In this document: positions 46,901 through 56,172 of the stretch, in pieces
Position numbering within the stretch: position 1 is the stretch's first letter
Layout of the letters: each line of letters begins with the position of its first letter
Source: Salisapilia sapeloensis CBS 127946
Lineage: Eukaryota > Protista > Oomycota
Reading direction: 5' to 3'
Length of the DNA stretch: 64,000 nt
NCBI GenBank assembly: GCA_023334545.1
Contig: JAADVB010000087.1
Span: 2,103 to 66,102 of the forward strand
Program-made: the position numbers and the translations under genes
Notes under the pieces: generated by a model
Told to the model about the DNA's origin: nothing
Databases searched by the model: none
The model's input: only the letters and a program-made list of their open reading frames with translations

Positions 46901-49900
46901 TACTCTTCCACCGTTGGCAAATTCACATCGTCCACATATATAATCATGCGCTTCCCTGCAACAGGACCAAGCAAGTTCTTCCTCTTCTTTTCCAATTTGT
47001 TTTCGATGGTAGTCTGGGTCACGAGAGACGACGTCTGCGCGGAAAAGTTGAGCACCATGGTCATGAATTTGGATATAGCCCCAGCATTCGCTGCACCTCC
47101 TTCCTCTCCACCTTCACTCGTTTCAGCTACACCACCGCCCTGTAGCTCTAGCAACAAGTCTTGGATCGTGACGGTCTTCCCGGTCCCTGTGACACCTGTA
47201 AGGTACGCTGGACGCTTTGCAGCGACCAGTGCACGCAGCACATATGTAAAGCGCACAGTGTCGGGTGTTGCAACTGTCATCTTAAAGTACGGAACATCCG
47301 GTCTGTACTGGAACTTTGGCACGATCTCCTGCCACGGTTGGAATCGAGAGTTGTCGAGATCGACGTAGTAGTCAAAGACAAAGCCAGAGTTTGGTAAGTT
47401 TAGCTTCGATTCAGCAAAGAGTTCTCGAATAAAGGCATCGAACAATTCGTGCGTGTCGGATGTCATGGACGCTCCAATGGACCAGAAGAGCGAAAAGGCG
47501 AATACTTTATCTAGGACCTCGAGCATCTCCTGCAGCTGATACCGAGTATACGGTGCAGGTGATGGCTCCTTACCCGACTCGTTGCTCTCTTGTGCCTGGG
47601 TGAAGAGTGCAGCGAACAAACGGCAGAGGCTCGTGACCAAGTTTATATCGACTGTCGGCACGAATTCATGACACTTGCGACGGACAAAGGTCAGACACTT
47701 GTCAACGTACGTTTGGATGTTATGCATGATACGTGCTTTTCCTTCCGCAGGGAACTCGGACGGAATCTCCTGTTCGATCCATGTCTGGACAAAAGGCATC
47801 CAGCCGAGGTCTGTGCCTGTCATATACACAACACCGATGCGACTGACCGTTGCGGGGGAAGCGACGGCGAGGTCCATCACTTCGAATAGCATTTTCATCT
47901 CCGTCTTTAGCTTTATACGCTCGCCATTCGCAAGACACAGAGTCATGTTGTCGTCCAACACTGTATTCATGTTTTCAATCCAAAGCGCGTCAATCGGTCC
48001 GTCGAACACTGTCCACTTCACATCCGAGGTCTCGTCTGCCACTGCTTCCCGCATGATTGTCGACGCGAGGCCATCGTGCCATTCTTGCGTCGCTTCATTA
48101 AACTCTCCGTACAGTTCACCCATTGTAATGCACTTGGGGTTCAGCACCGTAGCATGTACGGTCTGGTACACTGGGTTGGATGACCCTTGCTCTCTCAGCG
48201 TCGTCATGGTGCTTTGGAGTATACGATAGCAAGTCGTTTTGCCTGCACCTGTCGGACCGACAAGCGTGCCTCCGAAGCGTACGTTGAAGATATCAAAGAG
48301 CTGAATGACTTTTGTGATAAACGTCGGTACCGTTTGCAATCCTTTCTTTAAAATCTCACCTTCTAGGGCCGTCTGCAGCTCTCCATAGTCGTTTGGAGGA
48401 ATGATCGTTCCGGGAAACAAGTCCAAGACTATTGCGTGGAAGAGCGGAAGGTCGTCTGCAAGAAACTTGGGGATGTTACTGTCGCGAAGAGCGCGAATGA
48501 GCGTCACGTCCTCGTTCAAGTCAGGGTTTGCACGCTTGAGTGTTCCCGCCATCACGAGCACAGACTTGACGGCACGGAGTCCGTAGTCGTAATGCGGCTG
48601 CTGAGATAACTGTTCGCTGCACAAGATGTAAAGCTTACACATTTTGCGTGAGAGTGTGCGTGCATCCGAAAACCCTTCTGCAAAGAGCATGATCTCAGCA
48701 ATGAGAGCATAGTCCGGAACCATCATTGACACTGGGCGAAAGCACACTTTTAAATTATCTGGCAGTTCCGTACGACCAGCGTAGCCAGGGTTCATCGTGA
48801 CGATCACGTGATGGTCTTTCAAGGTGATCTCCACGCCCATAAAGTTCAAATGCTCTTTTCCCTGCACACGTCCTTCGCGTAGGATCAAGAGTTGCTGTGC
48901 GACAACCGACAGCACTTCAATATCAATACGATTGAACTCATCGAGGCATGTCCAGTTCCCAGCTTGTGCGAGTCCACGAAACAGCTTTCCCATCATTTTG
49001 TAATCGATCTGATCACTACAGTTGAATACGACGCACTGGATCGCCATGGCTTTCGCCAGATCCTTACTACTCTCTGTTTTGCCTGTACCTGCTGGACCAG
49101 CAGGAGCAGCTCCGAGTTTTAGACCGTACGCTCCCGTCAGCGTCATCCAGCAGCGATCTGTTAACGGCGTGATGACTAGACGAGACGTTGCGCCCATGTA
49201 CTCGTAACCATAGTCGATCACCGAGTCCGAGTGCCGGATTAACACATCGTCCACTTGGGGATCCCAGTAGTATCTCAGCTGCTGCTGCCATATAAAGTTA
49301 CCTACGTTATCTACTTGCTCTTTCCAAAGACACTCAACGATATCTCTCGCATGCACATCGGTCGTCACGAGCGCCACGATGACTTTGCGTTCCAGAGAAG
49401 TCAAATCGCCACGGATCTTGACAATCAATTCATTCAGTTCGTACACGACTCGTTCGTACCATACTTTCATCGCTGCCACAGGATCTGCATCACGCAATGC
49501 TTCCTCCGTACTACGAGCCCACGTCATCTGCGCAACCGTTGCAACAACTTGGCCGGGGTGATCACAAACCCATTCCGCCCTGGCTTTCGTGTCATAGTCC
49601 AGCAATCCAGCCTTCATCAGTTTGTACAGAGAGGCTTTCATGCTGCCTTCAAGCGCACGGAGCCAGTCTTCTACATTGCCTCTAGCCTTGAGGTTCTTCC
49701 CCAGTGGCACAACCTCGTTCTCGGATGAGATCATGGCCAGCATGTCGATGCTTCCAGGCACATCTCCAAAGTCAAGTCGAACGAGATTCTCAAAACACTT
49801 GCGCAGATGGGGCTGCACAGCCTGAGGATTCTTTGCCTGGGCTAAGATCTCAAGCAACTCGTCATTCGATAGAAAGTAAAAGCGGGGAAACGCCATGCGC

Positions 49901-52900
49901 TTCGTCTCGAGGTAGTCTTCCAAGTTCTTCTGGATCTTGTCCAAGTGTGCATTATGCTGCTGAAGAGTTTCTTTGATACCTGGATACGTCCCAGCCGTAA
50001 GTACATGCGGATTCTCATTTGTGCGACGCATGATGCTCTTCCATGATGTGTCGACGTGACTAAAGATCTTGGATGCGTCAGGCAGTTGCCGCTGGATGTC
50101 AGGCGCAGAGAAGATGTTTTCTAGATACATCCAGTTCTTCTGCACCAGTAGCCACTCTTCAATCGTCTCTTGGAGTGTCACCAGCTTCTTCCGCCAGCTC
50201 TCCACTTCTTCCTGGATCGCACCAACGAAGCGAGAGCCCATGATCGTGCTGATGGTAACGATACTGTCGTCCAGTTTCGCTGTAACTTCCTCCACACTGC
50301 CCAAGGCGAACACGTCCTTGGACTCTTTATACGGTTTCACCTCAAACTCAGTATGCACCCACGCGTCCCTCACCTTCTGAAGCATTTCTTCCAGCACTGC
50401 TTCCTGCTGTGCCGCGACTGAGATCGAGCTAATCGTTTCTCCATGCTGCATCACATCTCGCTCAATGAGCTGTCCAAGAGTCAAGGATGACTCCTTCTGG
50501 ATGTCAAAACCCAAGGTTTCTCGAATCAGGTCCCAATGACGAGACTTGAGCGCCGGCGAGCGAAGGTCACTCACAACAGGCAGCACGAGCTTGAATTTGT
50601 CCACTTCACGCTGCAATAGCTCTGCCACTTCGTTCCCAGTGAACGCCTTTTGCGCCTGGTATGCGACTTTCACATAGGACTGCACTTGCTTCGTGATGGC
50701 TGCCACGTCAATGTTGTCAAAGATAGTGTCCGAGTACTTGGCCGTGATGTCCTGCCAATCACGCAGTCCACTCCAGAGTTTCATCTTCAAGTCGAAATGC
50801 TGTGCGACGTCTTGTAGCTCTGGAAATTCGCTCACAGGCTGCTGCAGTTCAGCTTGATACTTTGCCAAACGATTGGAGTCTGCCGTCAGCCCATTCAAAG
50901 TGTTTTGCTGCAGCTCTAGGTACGACAGGACCTCTGGTAGTGGCGTTTTGATTGTATCGAGCTTCGGGTGCTCCAGTTTCTCTCGCAACGTCTCGACATT
51001 CCGATTTAGAGGCTCGATAGCATCTAGGATCATCTGCGAAAAACGAGCGGTGTCCGTGTCGACTTCTCCATCGAACTTTGTCGCTTGGCCTTCGAGACTC
51101 AAGACTCCTTCCTTCATGAGGACAATGTCTTCCTTGATATCGTCCGGGACGCGCCACTCGTGCGTGTCCATGAGCACAGCCATTTGGTACACGCGTCGAT
51201 AGCTACCCTTCATGTCCGGCAAAAGCGTGTTCACATTACCCATGTGCACCACCTTTTCTACAAACGCGTCTGGTGTAGACGGATTGGAGAAAGCGATGGG
51301 GGATAGCTTTGTAATCTGTTCCAGCAATGACGAACTCGTTTGCTTCATCAGCTGAGGAACGAGCGTCCGGATACCAGCAATGCACTTGTCTGGATTCGGC
51401 AACAAGTGTCCTTTAAACCCAGTGCTGTCTACTTTGAAGATGCCGATAACAGCCGCGTCCGGAATATCCGTGAACGACTGTCCTTGCGCTCGGTACTTTT
51501 CAATCGATTCCGCAAAGAACTCGACTGGCGCGTCTTCGTACGTCTCCACAAGGGTTTGTAGCTGTCCTTTATTCTCGTTAAAGGTCTGATGGTACGGAGA
51601 AAATACGTCTAAGTACTCTTCTACACTTTCAAACGCTTCGTCCAAAGCAACGAAAATGTCGTTTGTGAGTGTACTGAACGCAGCGTCTTCATTTAAAATG
51701 AGCGCGACGTTTAGCTGCTCGACACTCCACCCCGTCTTACCTTCATCCTCTGCACTGGCACTAGTGTACGGAGTCAGAGCTTCGTGTCCTAGATACCTGA
51801 CTGGAGTCTCGACAAGTCGCAAGGCTTCTTTCAACGATTGCTGGAGCGCTGCGTTCCAGGAATCGTGAGGTGGGAGGGCATTTGTAGATGTAGATTTAGC
51901 GTCCATCTCCACGGTGACGTAAAAGATGGCAGTGGATGGTGGCGGAGGTGCTTTTTTCCCCTTTGCTACCTTCTTCGCAGCAGCATTTTCGCCCTGTTGC
52001 TCTGCACTTTCACTTCCAATTCGTTTTGGAGCCGTCAAGGCTTCGTATAACTTTTGAAAGGAGCGTAGTGTCAACTGGATCGTGGCATCGATTGTCAAAA
52101 AGTCAGCCAGACGTAGGAAATTCGTGAGTTTGCTGCATTCTTTACGCAAGGCTGCTCGCTCCATAAACGTCATCTTATGATCTGCAGAAATCTTGTTCGT
52201 AGCAAGGAATGTATCCACGACGTTATCACAAGCAGAGATGCATAGTCGCAAGGCTTCATCTGAAAACGATTTTAGTAGCTGTGATACTTTCTCTCGCGTT
52301 TCTTCTTGCGCTTTGTCGAATTCAGGCAACGTGTACACTTTATTCGGTTCGAAAGAGACGAGCTCGAGTTTCGAAATGTCGAGACACATTGCCCGTAGTT
52401 GCAGAAGTGTCGGCTGAAGACTTGGAGCTAGTAAGAAGAGGCGCTCTTTTAGACGTTTTTTAGCGTGACGCATCTTGTTCAATCGAACCGATTGTTTCCA
52501 CACAGTATAGTTCTTCCAGAGCTTGTATTTTTGGAAAAATGGTATCGTTAGAAGCTGTGTGAAGCGCATATACTCTGTTTCCCATCGGTCGAGCGACCAG
52601 AACTCGGATCCTTCAGACGTGAAATGCGTGATGCCTTCTCGACTCATCGTAAAGTAGTTCTGTGAATCGACTTGATAATGATCCACGACTTCAAGAGCGT
52701 ACATGGCCAGATCTGTATTCCGTCGCTTACGAAGGTAGAGAAAGTTTCCTTGCTGAAACTCACGGAGGTATCGAGCATCTAGATTCAAGGAAGCGGTGAA
52801 GGAAACGTCAGGAGTACAACCTGGTCGATCCGAAGAATCTCTCGTCGGAAGGTTAGAAGCGCTTCCTTGGTTGACGTTCGAACATTCGACAGCTTCAACT

Positions 52901-53190
52901 GGTCTGTGCTCGTCCTTGTTGTCGACAGGTTTCTTCGACTTGGACAAGAGGCTTTGGACACCGTTCGAGACCTGCTGCAGTGACGGATGCAGTTCTCCAG
53001 ACGTGCTGCTCTTTGGAGCTCGACGAGGCATCCGTGCTCGCAATGGAGTATTTGCGCCGCTATGTTTTAAAGGTGAAGAGGATCCATTCGCATGACGCTG
53101 CGGTTCATACAGTCGATTGATAAGTTGGTTTTCAGCCGGCGGTTCCAGCATGTGCGGACGGCGTTTTTCGCCATCATGCTTGTCCGACAT
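40933..53190 (-). CDS. Axonemal inner-arm dynein heavy chain (DNAH6-like)
   Basis: A 4085-aa single ORF with four P-loops (GPAGTGKTE, GPTGAGKTT, GVTGTGKTV, GVGGSGKQS). FPRFYFLSNDELLEILAQ..NPQAVQPHLRKCF and AIQCVVFNCSD resemble single-headed inner-arm (DNAH6-type) chains. Stalk/MTBD and C-terminal CPVYKTSVRQGTLSTTGISTNFV are present. Confidence 0.95.
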   Translation of the reverse strand: MSDKHDGEKRRPHMLEPPAENQLINRLYEPQRHANGSSSPLKHSGANTPLRARMPRRAPKSSTSGELHPSLQQVSNGVQSLLSKSKKPVDNKDEHRPVEAVECSNVNQGSASNLPTRDSSDRPGCTPDVSFTASLNLDARYLREFQQGNFLYLRKRRNTDLAMYALEVVDHYQVDSQNYFTMSREGITHFTSEGSEFWSLDRWETEYMRFTQLLTIPFFQKYKLWKNYTVWKQSVRLNKMRHAKKRLKERLFLLAPSLQPTLLQLRAMCLDISKLELVSFEPNKVYTLPEFDKAQEETREKVSQLLKSFSDEALRLCISACDNVVDTFLATNKISADHKMTFMERAALRKECSKLTNFLRLADFLTIDATIQLTLRSFQKLYEALTAPKRIGSESAEQQGENAAAKKVAKGKKAPPPPSTAIFYVTVEMDAKSTSTNALPPHDSWNAALQQSLKEALRLVETPVRYLGHEALTPYTSASAEDEGKTGWSVEQLNVALILNEDAAFSTLTNDIFVALDEAFESVEEYLDVFSPYHQTFNENKGQLQTLVETYEDAPVEFFAESIEKYRAQGQSFTDIPDAAVIGIFKVDSTGFKGHLLPNPDKCIAGIRTLVPQLMKQTSSSLLEQITKLSPIAFSNPSTPDAFVEKVVHMGNVNTLLPDMKGSYRRVYQMAVLMDTHEWRVPDDIKEDIVLMKEGVLSLEGQATKFDGEVDTDTARFSQMILDAIEPLNRNVETLREKLEHPKLDTIKTPLPEVLSYLELQQNTLNGLTADSNRLAKYQAELQQPVSEFPELQDVAQHFDLKMKLWSGLRDWQDITAKYSDTIFDNIDVAAITKQVQSYVKVAYQAQKAFTGNEVAELLQREVDKFKLVLPVVSDLRSPALKSRHWDLIRETLGFDIQKESSLTLGQLIERDVMQHGETISSISVAAQQEAVLEEMLQKVRDAWVHTEFEVKPYKESKDVFALGSVEEVTAKLDDSIVTISTIMGSRFVGAIQEEVESWRKKLVTLQETIEEWLLVQKNWMYLENIFSAPDIQRQLPDASKIFSHVDTSWKSIMRRTNENPHVLTAGTYPGIKETLQQHNAHLDKIQKNLEDYLETKRMAFPRFYFLSNDELLEILAQAKNPQAVQPHLRKCFENLVRLDFGDVPGSIDMLAMISSENEVVPLGKNLKARGNVEDWLRALEGSMKASLYKLMKAGLLDYDTKARAEWVCDHPGQVVATVAQMTWARSTEEALRDADPVAAMKVWYERVVYELNELIVKIRGDLTSLERKVIVALVTTDVHARDIVECLWKEQVDNVGNFIWQQQLRYYWDPQVDDVLIRHSDSVIDYGYEYMGATSRLVITPLTDRCWMTLTGAYGLKLGAAPAGPAGTGKTESSKDLAKAMAIQCVVFNCSDQIDYKMMGKLFRGLAQAGNWTCLDEFNRIDIEVLSVVAQQLLILREGRVQGKEHLNFMGVEITLKDHHVIVTMNPGYAGRTELPDNLKVCFRPVSMMVPDYALIAEIMLFAEGFSDARTLSRKMCKLYILCSEQLSQQPHYDYGLRAVKSVLVMAGTLKRANPDLNEDVTLIRALRDSNIPKFLADDLPLFHAIVLDLFPGTIIPPNDYGELQTALEGEILKKGLQTVPTFITKVIQLFDIFNVRFGGTLVGPTGAGKTTCYRILQSTMTTLREQGSSNPVYQTVHATVLNPKCITMGELYGEFNEATQEWHDGLASTIMREAVADETSDVKWTVFDGPIDALWIENMNTVLDDNMTLCLANGERIKLKTEMKMLFEVMDLAVASPATVSRIGVVYMTGTDLGWMPFVQTWIEQEIPSEFPAEGKARIMHNIQTYVDKCLTFVRRKCHEFVPTVDINLVTSLCRLFAALFTQAQESNESGKEPSPAPYTRYQLQEMLEVLDKVFAFSLFWSIGASMTSDTHELFDAFIRELFAESKLNLPNSGFVFDYYVDLDNSRFQPWQEIVPKFQYRPDVPYFKMTVATPDTVRFTYVLRALVAAKRPAYLTGVTGTGKTVTIQDLLLELQGGGVAETSEGGEEGGAANAGAISKFMTMVLNFSAQTSSLVTQTTIENKLEKKRKNLLGPVAGKRMIIYVDDVNLPTVEEYGAQAPIELLRQFLDFGGFYDRDKLFWKDIADTMLLTSAAPAGGGRSHCTPRFVRHFHVMSMMPSSEASMKLIFSSILGGFLQKFPPKIVAMTDPIISSVIEIYNRVTLELLPTPNKFHYTFNLRDVSKVFQGILMITPGRCPDTDTMNKLWVHEVSRVFEDRLNDTKDQTWYEDLVCSLLSRVFACNWTPETLFHSACPLSFVDFLKPGAPTPLYENCGDAFKLTKILDDFLESYNVTFANKMNLVFFRDAVAHVCRLTRILRQPRGNAMLIGVGGSGKQSLTRLASFIVDSKCMQIEITRGYGSNEFHEDLKRMMISAGVQGNPTVFLFTDSQIVDESFLEDINNVLNSGEVPNLFPPDEIDRIVGDMRPVLKEMGLPETRDNCLSTFVERVRNDLHIVLAMSPVGSALRVRCRAFPSLINCCTIDWYHNWPKEALQSVADRLLANVSLPSEDLRTSLVEMCSIVHTSSNAFGDEFLAQLQRHVYTTPKSYLDLIGLYVKMLHEKRGALNTIKGRMEVGVSKLEDTNSIVDSLKTELIQLQPILQQKAIEAEDLLKRVSVDQEAAAVVRVRVSQDEAVVAKQAEEVSVVQADAQKDLDVAMPALNNAIKALDSLSKSDITEVKSFTKPPEAVETVMSAVCLLLNEKQTWEGAKKLLNDVAFLDKLKTFDKDNIPAATLKKLSKSVENPGMAVEVVSKVSKAATSLCMWVHAMDVYSKVAKEVGPKRENLERMNKKLADANAVLHEKQEELRVVNEKVALLEKQCQETLDEKDRLAKDAGVTEKRLERAEKLISGLSVEGARWKESVSSLSNSILDLIGDTFLASACISYYGPFTGSFRDRIVSSWLSEVQRLEIPCSAGYSLSNTLGSAVETRDWQLNGLPTDATSTDNAILVTRGERWPLMIDPQGQANKWIKKMVGGEKLDVTKMTNPNLLRILETCIRNGKALLIEDIDESLEPSLEPVLQKAIYKQSGRLLIRLGDSDVDYDPAFQLYLTTKLPNPHYLPEVYIKVTVINFTVTMDGLENQLLGDAVKHERPDIEEKKNRLVVTMAQDKKQLQDIEDRILKQLSESSGNVLDDQDLIDTLQSSNATSKVIKERVVESEATEIEINKAREAYRGVATRGSIIYFVVADLALIDPMYQYSLPYFQRLFNICFDEAPPSNDLPVRLQNLIDFQTRYIYVNICRGLFEVHKVLFSMLICCKILMHSGRISPREWSLYLRGAPPSTEHAADRPTNPAPDRLSELQWDLVNELESVVTSRTILSGNESEATASDDALYEDHYAFSGLAASLSLKWSAWSEWLKRPDLLTAPSPEEYTTILTSFQLLLLLKALAEEKVPAAIVHLISTEMGDEFGRLAPTTMDEIYADIDRKTPCIFVLSAGADPTGMLLRFAKEMQFNDRLHLISLGQGQGPRAEQLINSSKKVGDWVLLQNCHLAKSWMPKLEKIVEDLAQCSEEDCDNSFRLYLTSFPAAYFPVTVLQNGVKLTNEPPKGIRANLVRSFTTLVSDDTYEGFSELGSFDDGLTKSKGWKTLLCSLTFFHAIVQERRKFGALGWNIKYEFNDTDLETSIASLKKFLEEQPLVPWDALQYVTGQINYGGRVTDDWDRRCLMSLLENFYTPDVLDPDYKFSESGLYRVPQVESYSGMLEYLQQLPAFDNPELFGMHDNANVTYERNESAYMTKIILGLEPRDGGGGDSSAISSDQRVMDIATNLLENLPENLDPELAGPTTFKTREVAGTVVMDSLATVLSQELVKFNTLLDRMRRSLGDIQRAINGLIVMSSDLDNMYTAFLNGKVPQLWAAVSFASLKPLGSWTKDLLDRVVFFRNWLLNGEPVVFDLSVFFFPQGFMTGTLQNFARKYQTAIDSLAFVFNVCQVDSAEELTESPNDGVYIDGLWLQGARWDRNQFVLQDARHGEMFSPMAIVHFLPATNVQRNKADYACPVYKTSVRQGTLSTTGISTNFVIAVYLPTRKKPDYWIMNGTAFLLNLDT

Positions 53191-53560
53191 GCCGATGGGC
53201 AGGGACGAAAGCGTTAAGAAAGAACTTTGGATCTATTCTTGCAGCATGCCGGATGAAACGACCGACCAGGAAAACCGAAAGAAGATCATCATAGCAGTAA
53301 TCTATACAACTCCAGTGGATATGGAGGATCTATTTGCAATCATATTCGATGCAGATGCATGCATCGAGCCTCTAGTAGAGCAGCAGGCGATGCATCAATC
53401 CTTGCTTGGACCTTCACTCTGCAATGTGAGTTGTCTGTGGAGCCCTTCACTCACGATTGGATATCTTCTACCGGACAACAACTAATTTTGACACGAAAAG
53501 CTCATTTTGGAATTTGGATTCTTCCAAGGACATTCCGACCTAGACTTTGATATATTGACG

Positions 53561-54378
53561 ATGCTTGCTGGAATTGCAGATCTCCTGGCTACAAGACGCA
53601 TTATTCTTGCATCTCAGGTGCATTGGAGACCGAAGATTTTATGCTTTAATCAAATTTTATGCTTAGCTTCAGTACGTGAATAGAGCCCTCGTCGACGAGA
53701 ATTGCTGAGTGACTGTGTACGTATTGCTCTATATGACGAGAAATACACAAATGCTTAGGAATGTGTCGTATGTAGAATCTGGTGTTTGATGTCCTTCCGT
53801 CCAAGTTTGAGGAAAATCTTTCCAAGGACCAGTTTGCGTCGCCTGTAAGAATCATTCCATTCTCCTGATTCCATAGACCTGTAATTAAACCTCATGGTCC
53901 ACAGGATGAGTATGTCATTGCGACAGCAAAAGGAAAAGCGTTAGATGTTTTCCATGCATCCGATGCTACGGAGAAACCGACTATTGTAGTGGCCTGTGAC
54001 ACTGTCGTCGTGAACGACAACAAGATTATGGAAAAGCCCGAGGATGAAGAAGACGCCTTCCAGACAATACTTGGTCTGTCAAACAAGACACACGAAGTGT
54101 ACTCTGGTGTGGTCATCATGTCCACAACCATGGGTCCAAACGACCCTCATGTCTTCTTTGAAAAAACGATCGTCACTTTTGGCGACCTCCATCCATCGGA
54201 CATCAAGGCATACATCGCGACGGGTGAGCCGATGGACAAGGCTGGGTCGTATGGACTGCAAGGCAAAGCCCGTTGCTTTGCCTCCAGTGTCCATGGTTGC
54301 CACAACAACATCGTCGGCTTCCCATTACAGCGATTTTGCACGGAGATGAGAAAACTAGCCGAACAGAAGCAGCTATAA
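53561..54378 (+). CDS. Maf family (YhdE-type) dTTP/UTP pyrophosphatase, multi-exon
   Basis: Spliced IILASQ-SPRRRELL...SKFEENL...VVACDTVVV..IMEKP...DKAGSYGLQG...NIVGFPL. The Arg/Thr/Gln signature (SPRR, DT, GLQ) fits the YhdE subfamily. Confidence 0.9.
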
Positions 54379-54462
54379 AGCATTTTGTTAAACCAGGGGA
54401 CAGACAGCTAGCGAGATGAAAGAAATGGAACGACGTCTGTACTTGAGGTTTATGACTCCACT

Positions 54463-55950
54463 CTACTCTGTTTTCTTCTTTTCCTTCGGCACTGGCACAA
54501 GCGAGAAGAGGACGTACAGCACGACGCAAACGATGTGACCTGCAAAGTTGACGTTCTTCAGAGCCTGTAGCGAGTACTCGAAAGACATGACTTGGAACGG
54601 CATGACAAAGTAGTGCATGCCGAGAACAGTCGCGATGGTGCCGACAACATCGTACATTTTCTTCTTCAAACCTTCCGAGCCGTCCGCCTCGAGGAATCTT
54701 GGACGCAGACGTTTATGTGCGAGTCGGTTGACCATGGTCATGAGCGGCAGACTCAGGAAGAAGAAGTAGTAGCCAGGGTAGAAGCCGTGCCAGAAGGCAG
54801 ACGTAAAGTACGTCATGAAGAGCGAGTTACCCGTGCGCGTGTACACGTATCGCTCCAACCAGTTCTGCGTGCCCTTGTTCCACGCCTTGGACGCATCGCG
54901 TGTGCTCGCCGCCAGCTCAAAGCTTACAATGTCAATGTTGCTAACGCCATTCCATCCCTTGGCGGCTCCGTCCTTGTCAAAGCCTTCAAAGCCGAAGCCA
55001 CAGAGAACGGTTGATCCTTCTGCGATTTTCCAAGCGCCATAGTACTTGATCTTCACAAAGATGAGCGTGACGTACAGTTCCTTGACTTGCAGATACCACG
55101 GCAACGAAGCGACTGCGAAAGAGCGGAGTTTCTCGATGGGGAAGAAACCTCCGTAGAGCGCAAAGGCTGCCATGAGACCGCTGCCAACGAACAATTTCGA
55201 GCAGACGGCTAGAACGCCCGATGGGCGTTTGAATTCACCGTTGAGCATGAACTTGGTGCCTCGAGCAACGTCCAAGTACTCTCTGATCTCAAAGGCTGGG
55301 CCGGCAAGGAACGTTGTAAAGCTGTAGACGTAGCCGAAGAACTCGAGAGGGTTGGGCAGTGCTGTGATGAGGAAGCGTTCGCGACCCCTGTACAGACGAG
55401 CCATGGAAGGAGATAGCTCCTTGCCTTCCAACGCAGCTTGTTGAGCTGTCTTGTCAACGACACCGTCATAGTAGTTGAAAGCAAAGCTCGTGAGCTTGAT
55501 GACCAGCAGCATCTGCGGACCTGTGAAGTCGAGCGTCCAGCCCATGTAGTCCACGTAGAGGCGATAGATGTGGGACATAGACATGTAGGCCATGTTAAAG
55601 ACAAAGGCCAGGTAGGGTGCATACTTTGGCGGGCCGAATGAAACGAGGACGTAGGTCGTGATGGCTGCGAGGAAGGAGTGGATCCAAGCGGATCCGAGGA
55701 CGAACTGAGCCATGCTCAACCCGACGATAACATCGAATAGATGCTTCAATGTTGCAGAAGGGAGGAATCGATACACGAGCGCGAGTGGATAGGCTCCAAA
55801 GAGGCACAGGACATAACGAAGCTGGTCACCAGGGAGTCCAACGGTGTCTCCAAGATCCTCCACGAGGGTGCGTAGACCTTCGAACTTGAGAGGCGTTGCT
55901 AGCTCCGCATAGGGCTGTAATTGCGTGACGATATCCACCAAATGCTCCAT
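54463..55950 (-). CDS. MBOAT lysophospholipid acyltransferase (LPCAT/LPLAT-like), intronless
   Basis: YMGWTLDFTGPQMLLVIKLTSFAFNYYDG, FLAGPAFE, KAWNKGTQNWLERYVY, SAFWHGFYPGYY (catalytic His), C-terminal KKKTE. ATG 55950. Confidence 0.93.
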   Translation of the reverse strand: MEHLVDIVTQLQPYAELATPLKFEGLRTLVEDLGDTVGLPGDQLRYVLCLFGAYPLALVYRFLPSATLKHLFDVIVGLSMAQFVLGSAWIHSFLAAITTYVLVSFGPPKYAPYLAFVFNMAYMSMSHIYRLYVDYMGWTLDFTGPQMLLVIKLTSFAFNYYDGVVDKTAQQAALEGKELSPSMARLYRGRERFLITALPNPLEFFGYVYSFTTFLAGPAFEIREYLDVARGTKFMLNGEFKRPSGVLAVCSKLFVGSGLMAAFALYGGFFPIEKLRSFAVASLPWYLQVKELYVTLIFVKIKYYGAWKIAEGSTVLCGFGFEGFDKDGAAKGWNGVSNIDIVSFELAASTRDASKAWNKGTQNWLERYVYTRTGNSLFMTYFTSAFWHGFYPGYYFFFLSLPLMTMVNRLAHKRLRPRFLEADGSEGLKKKMYDVVGTIATVLGMHYFVMPFQVMSFEYSLQALKNVNFAGHIVCVVLYVLFSLVPVPKEKKKTE

Positions 55951-56172
55951 CTTGGCGTCTGTGGTTGGAGGGAGATGACTCACTTGGGTGGATGGCTTCC
56001 AAATCACGTCCTTTTCGACTGGCAGGGAAACTCGGTATTATCAGGTATACAAACTTGTAGTCATTCAGGTTGAAGTAGCCATGACGCAGAGGGGTAGGGT
56101 TGCCAACGTCATGTGACACCTGCCTCGCCCTTTGATGGGCATTCGACCGAAATCGACAGACAAGAATCTACC

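Noticed and set aside
41000-53100. Dozens of 60-180-aa plus-strand ORFs opposite the dynein gene, and similar antisense ORFs over HisRS, CEP164, myosin and the MBOATs
   Set aside because: They are shadow frames of long coding sequences with biased codon use and show no domain motifs.
53117-53550. ORFs of 122 aa and 63 aa between the dynein and Maf starts
   Set aside because: No motifs, non-ATG or weak starts, and they overlap the expected divergent promoter and UTRs.
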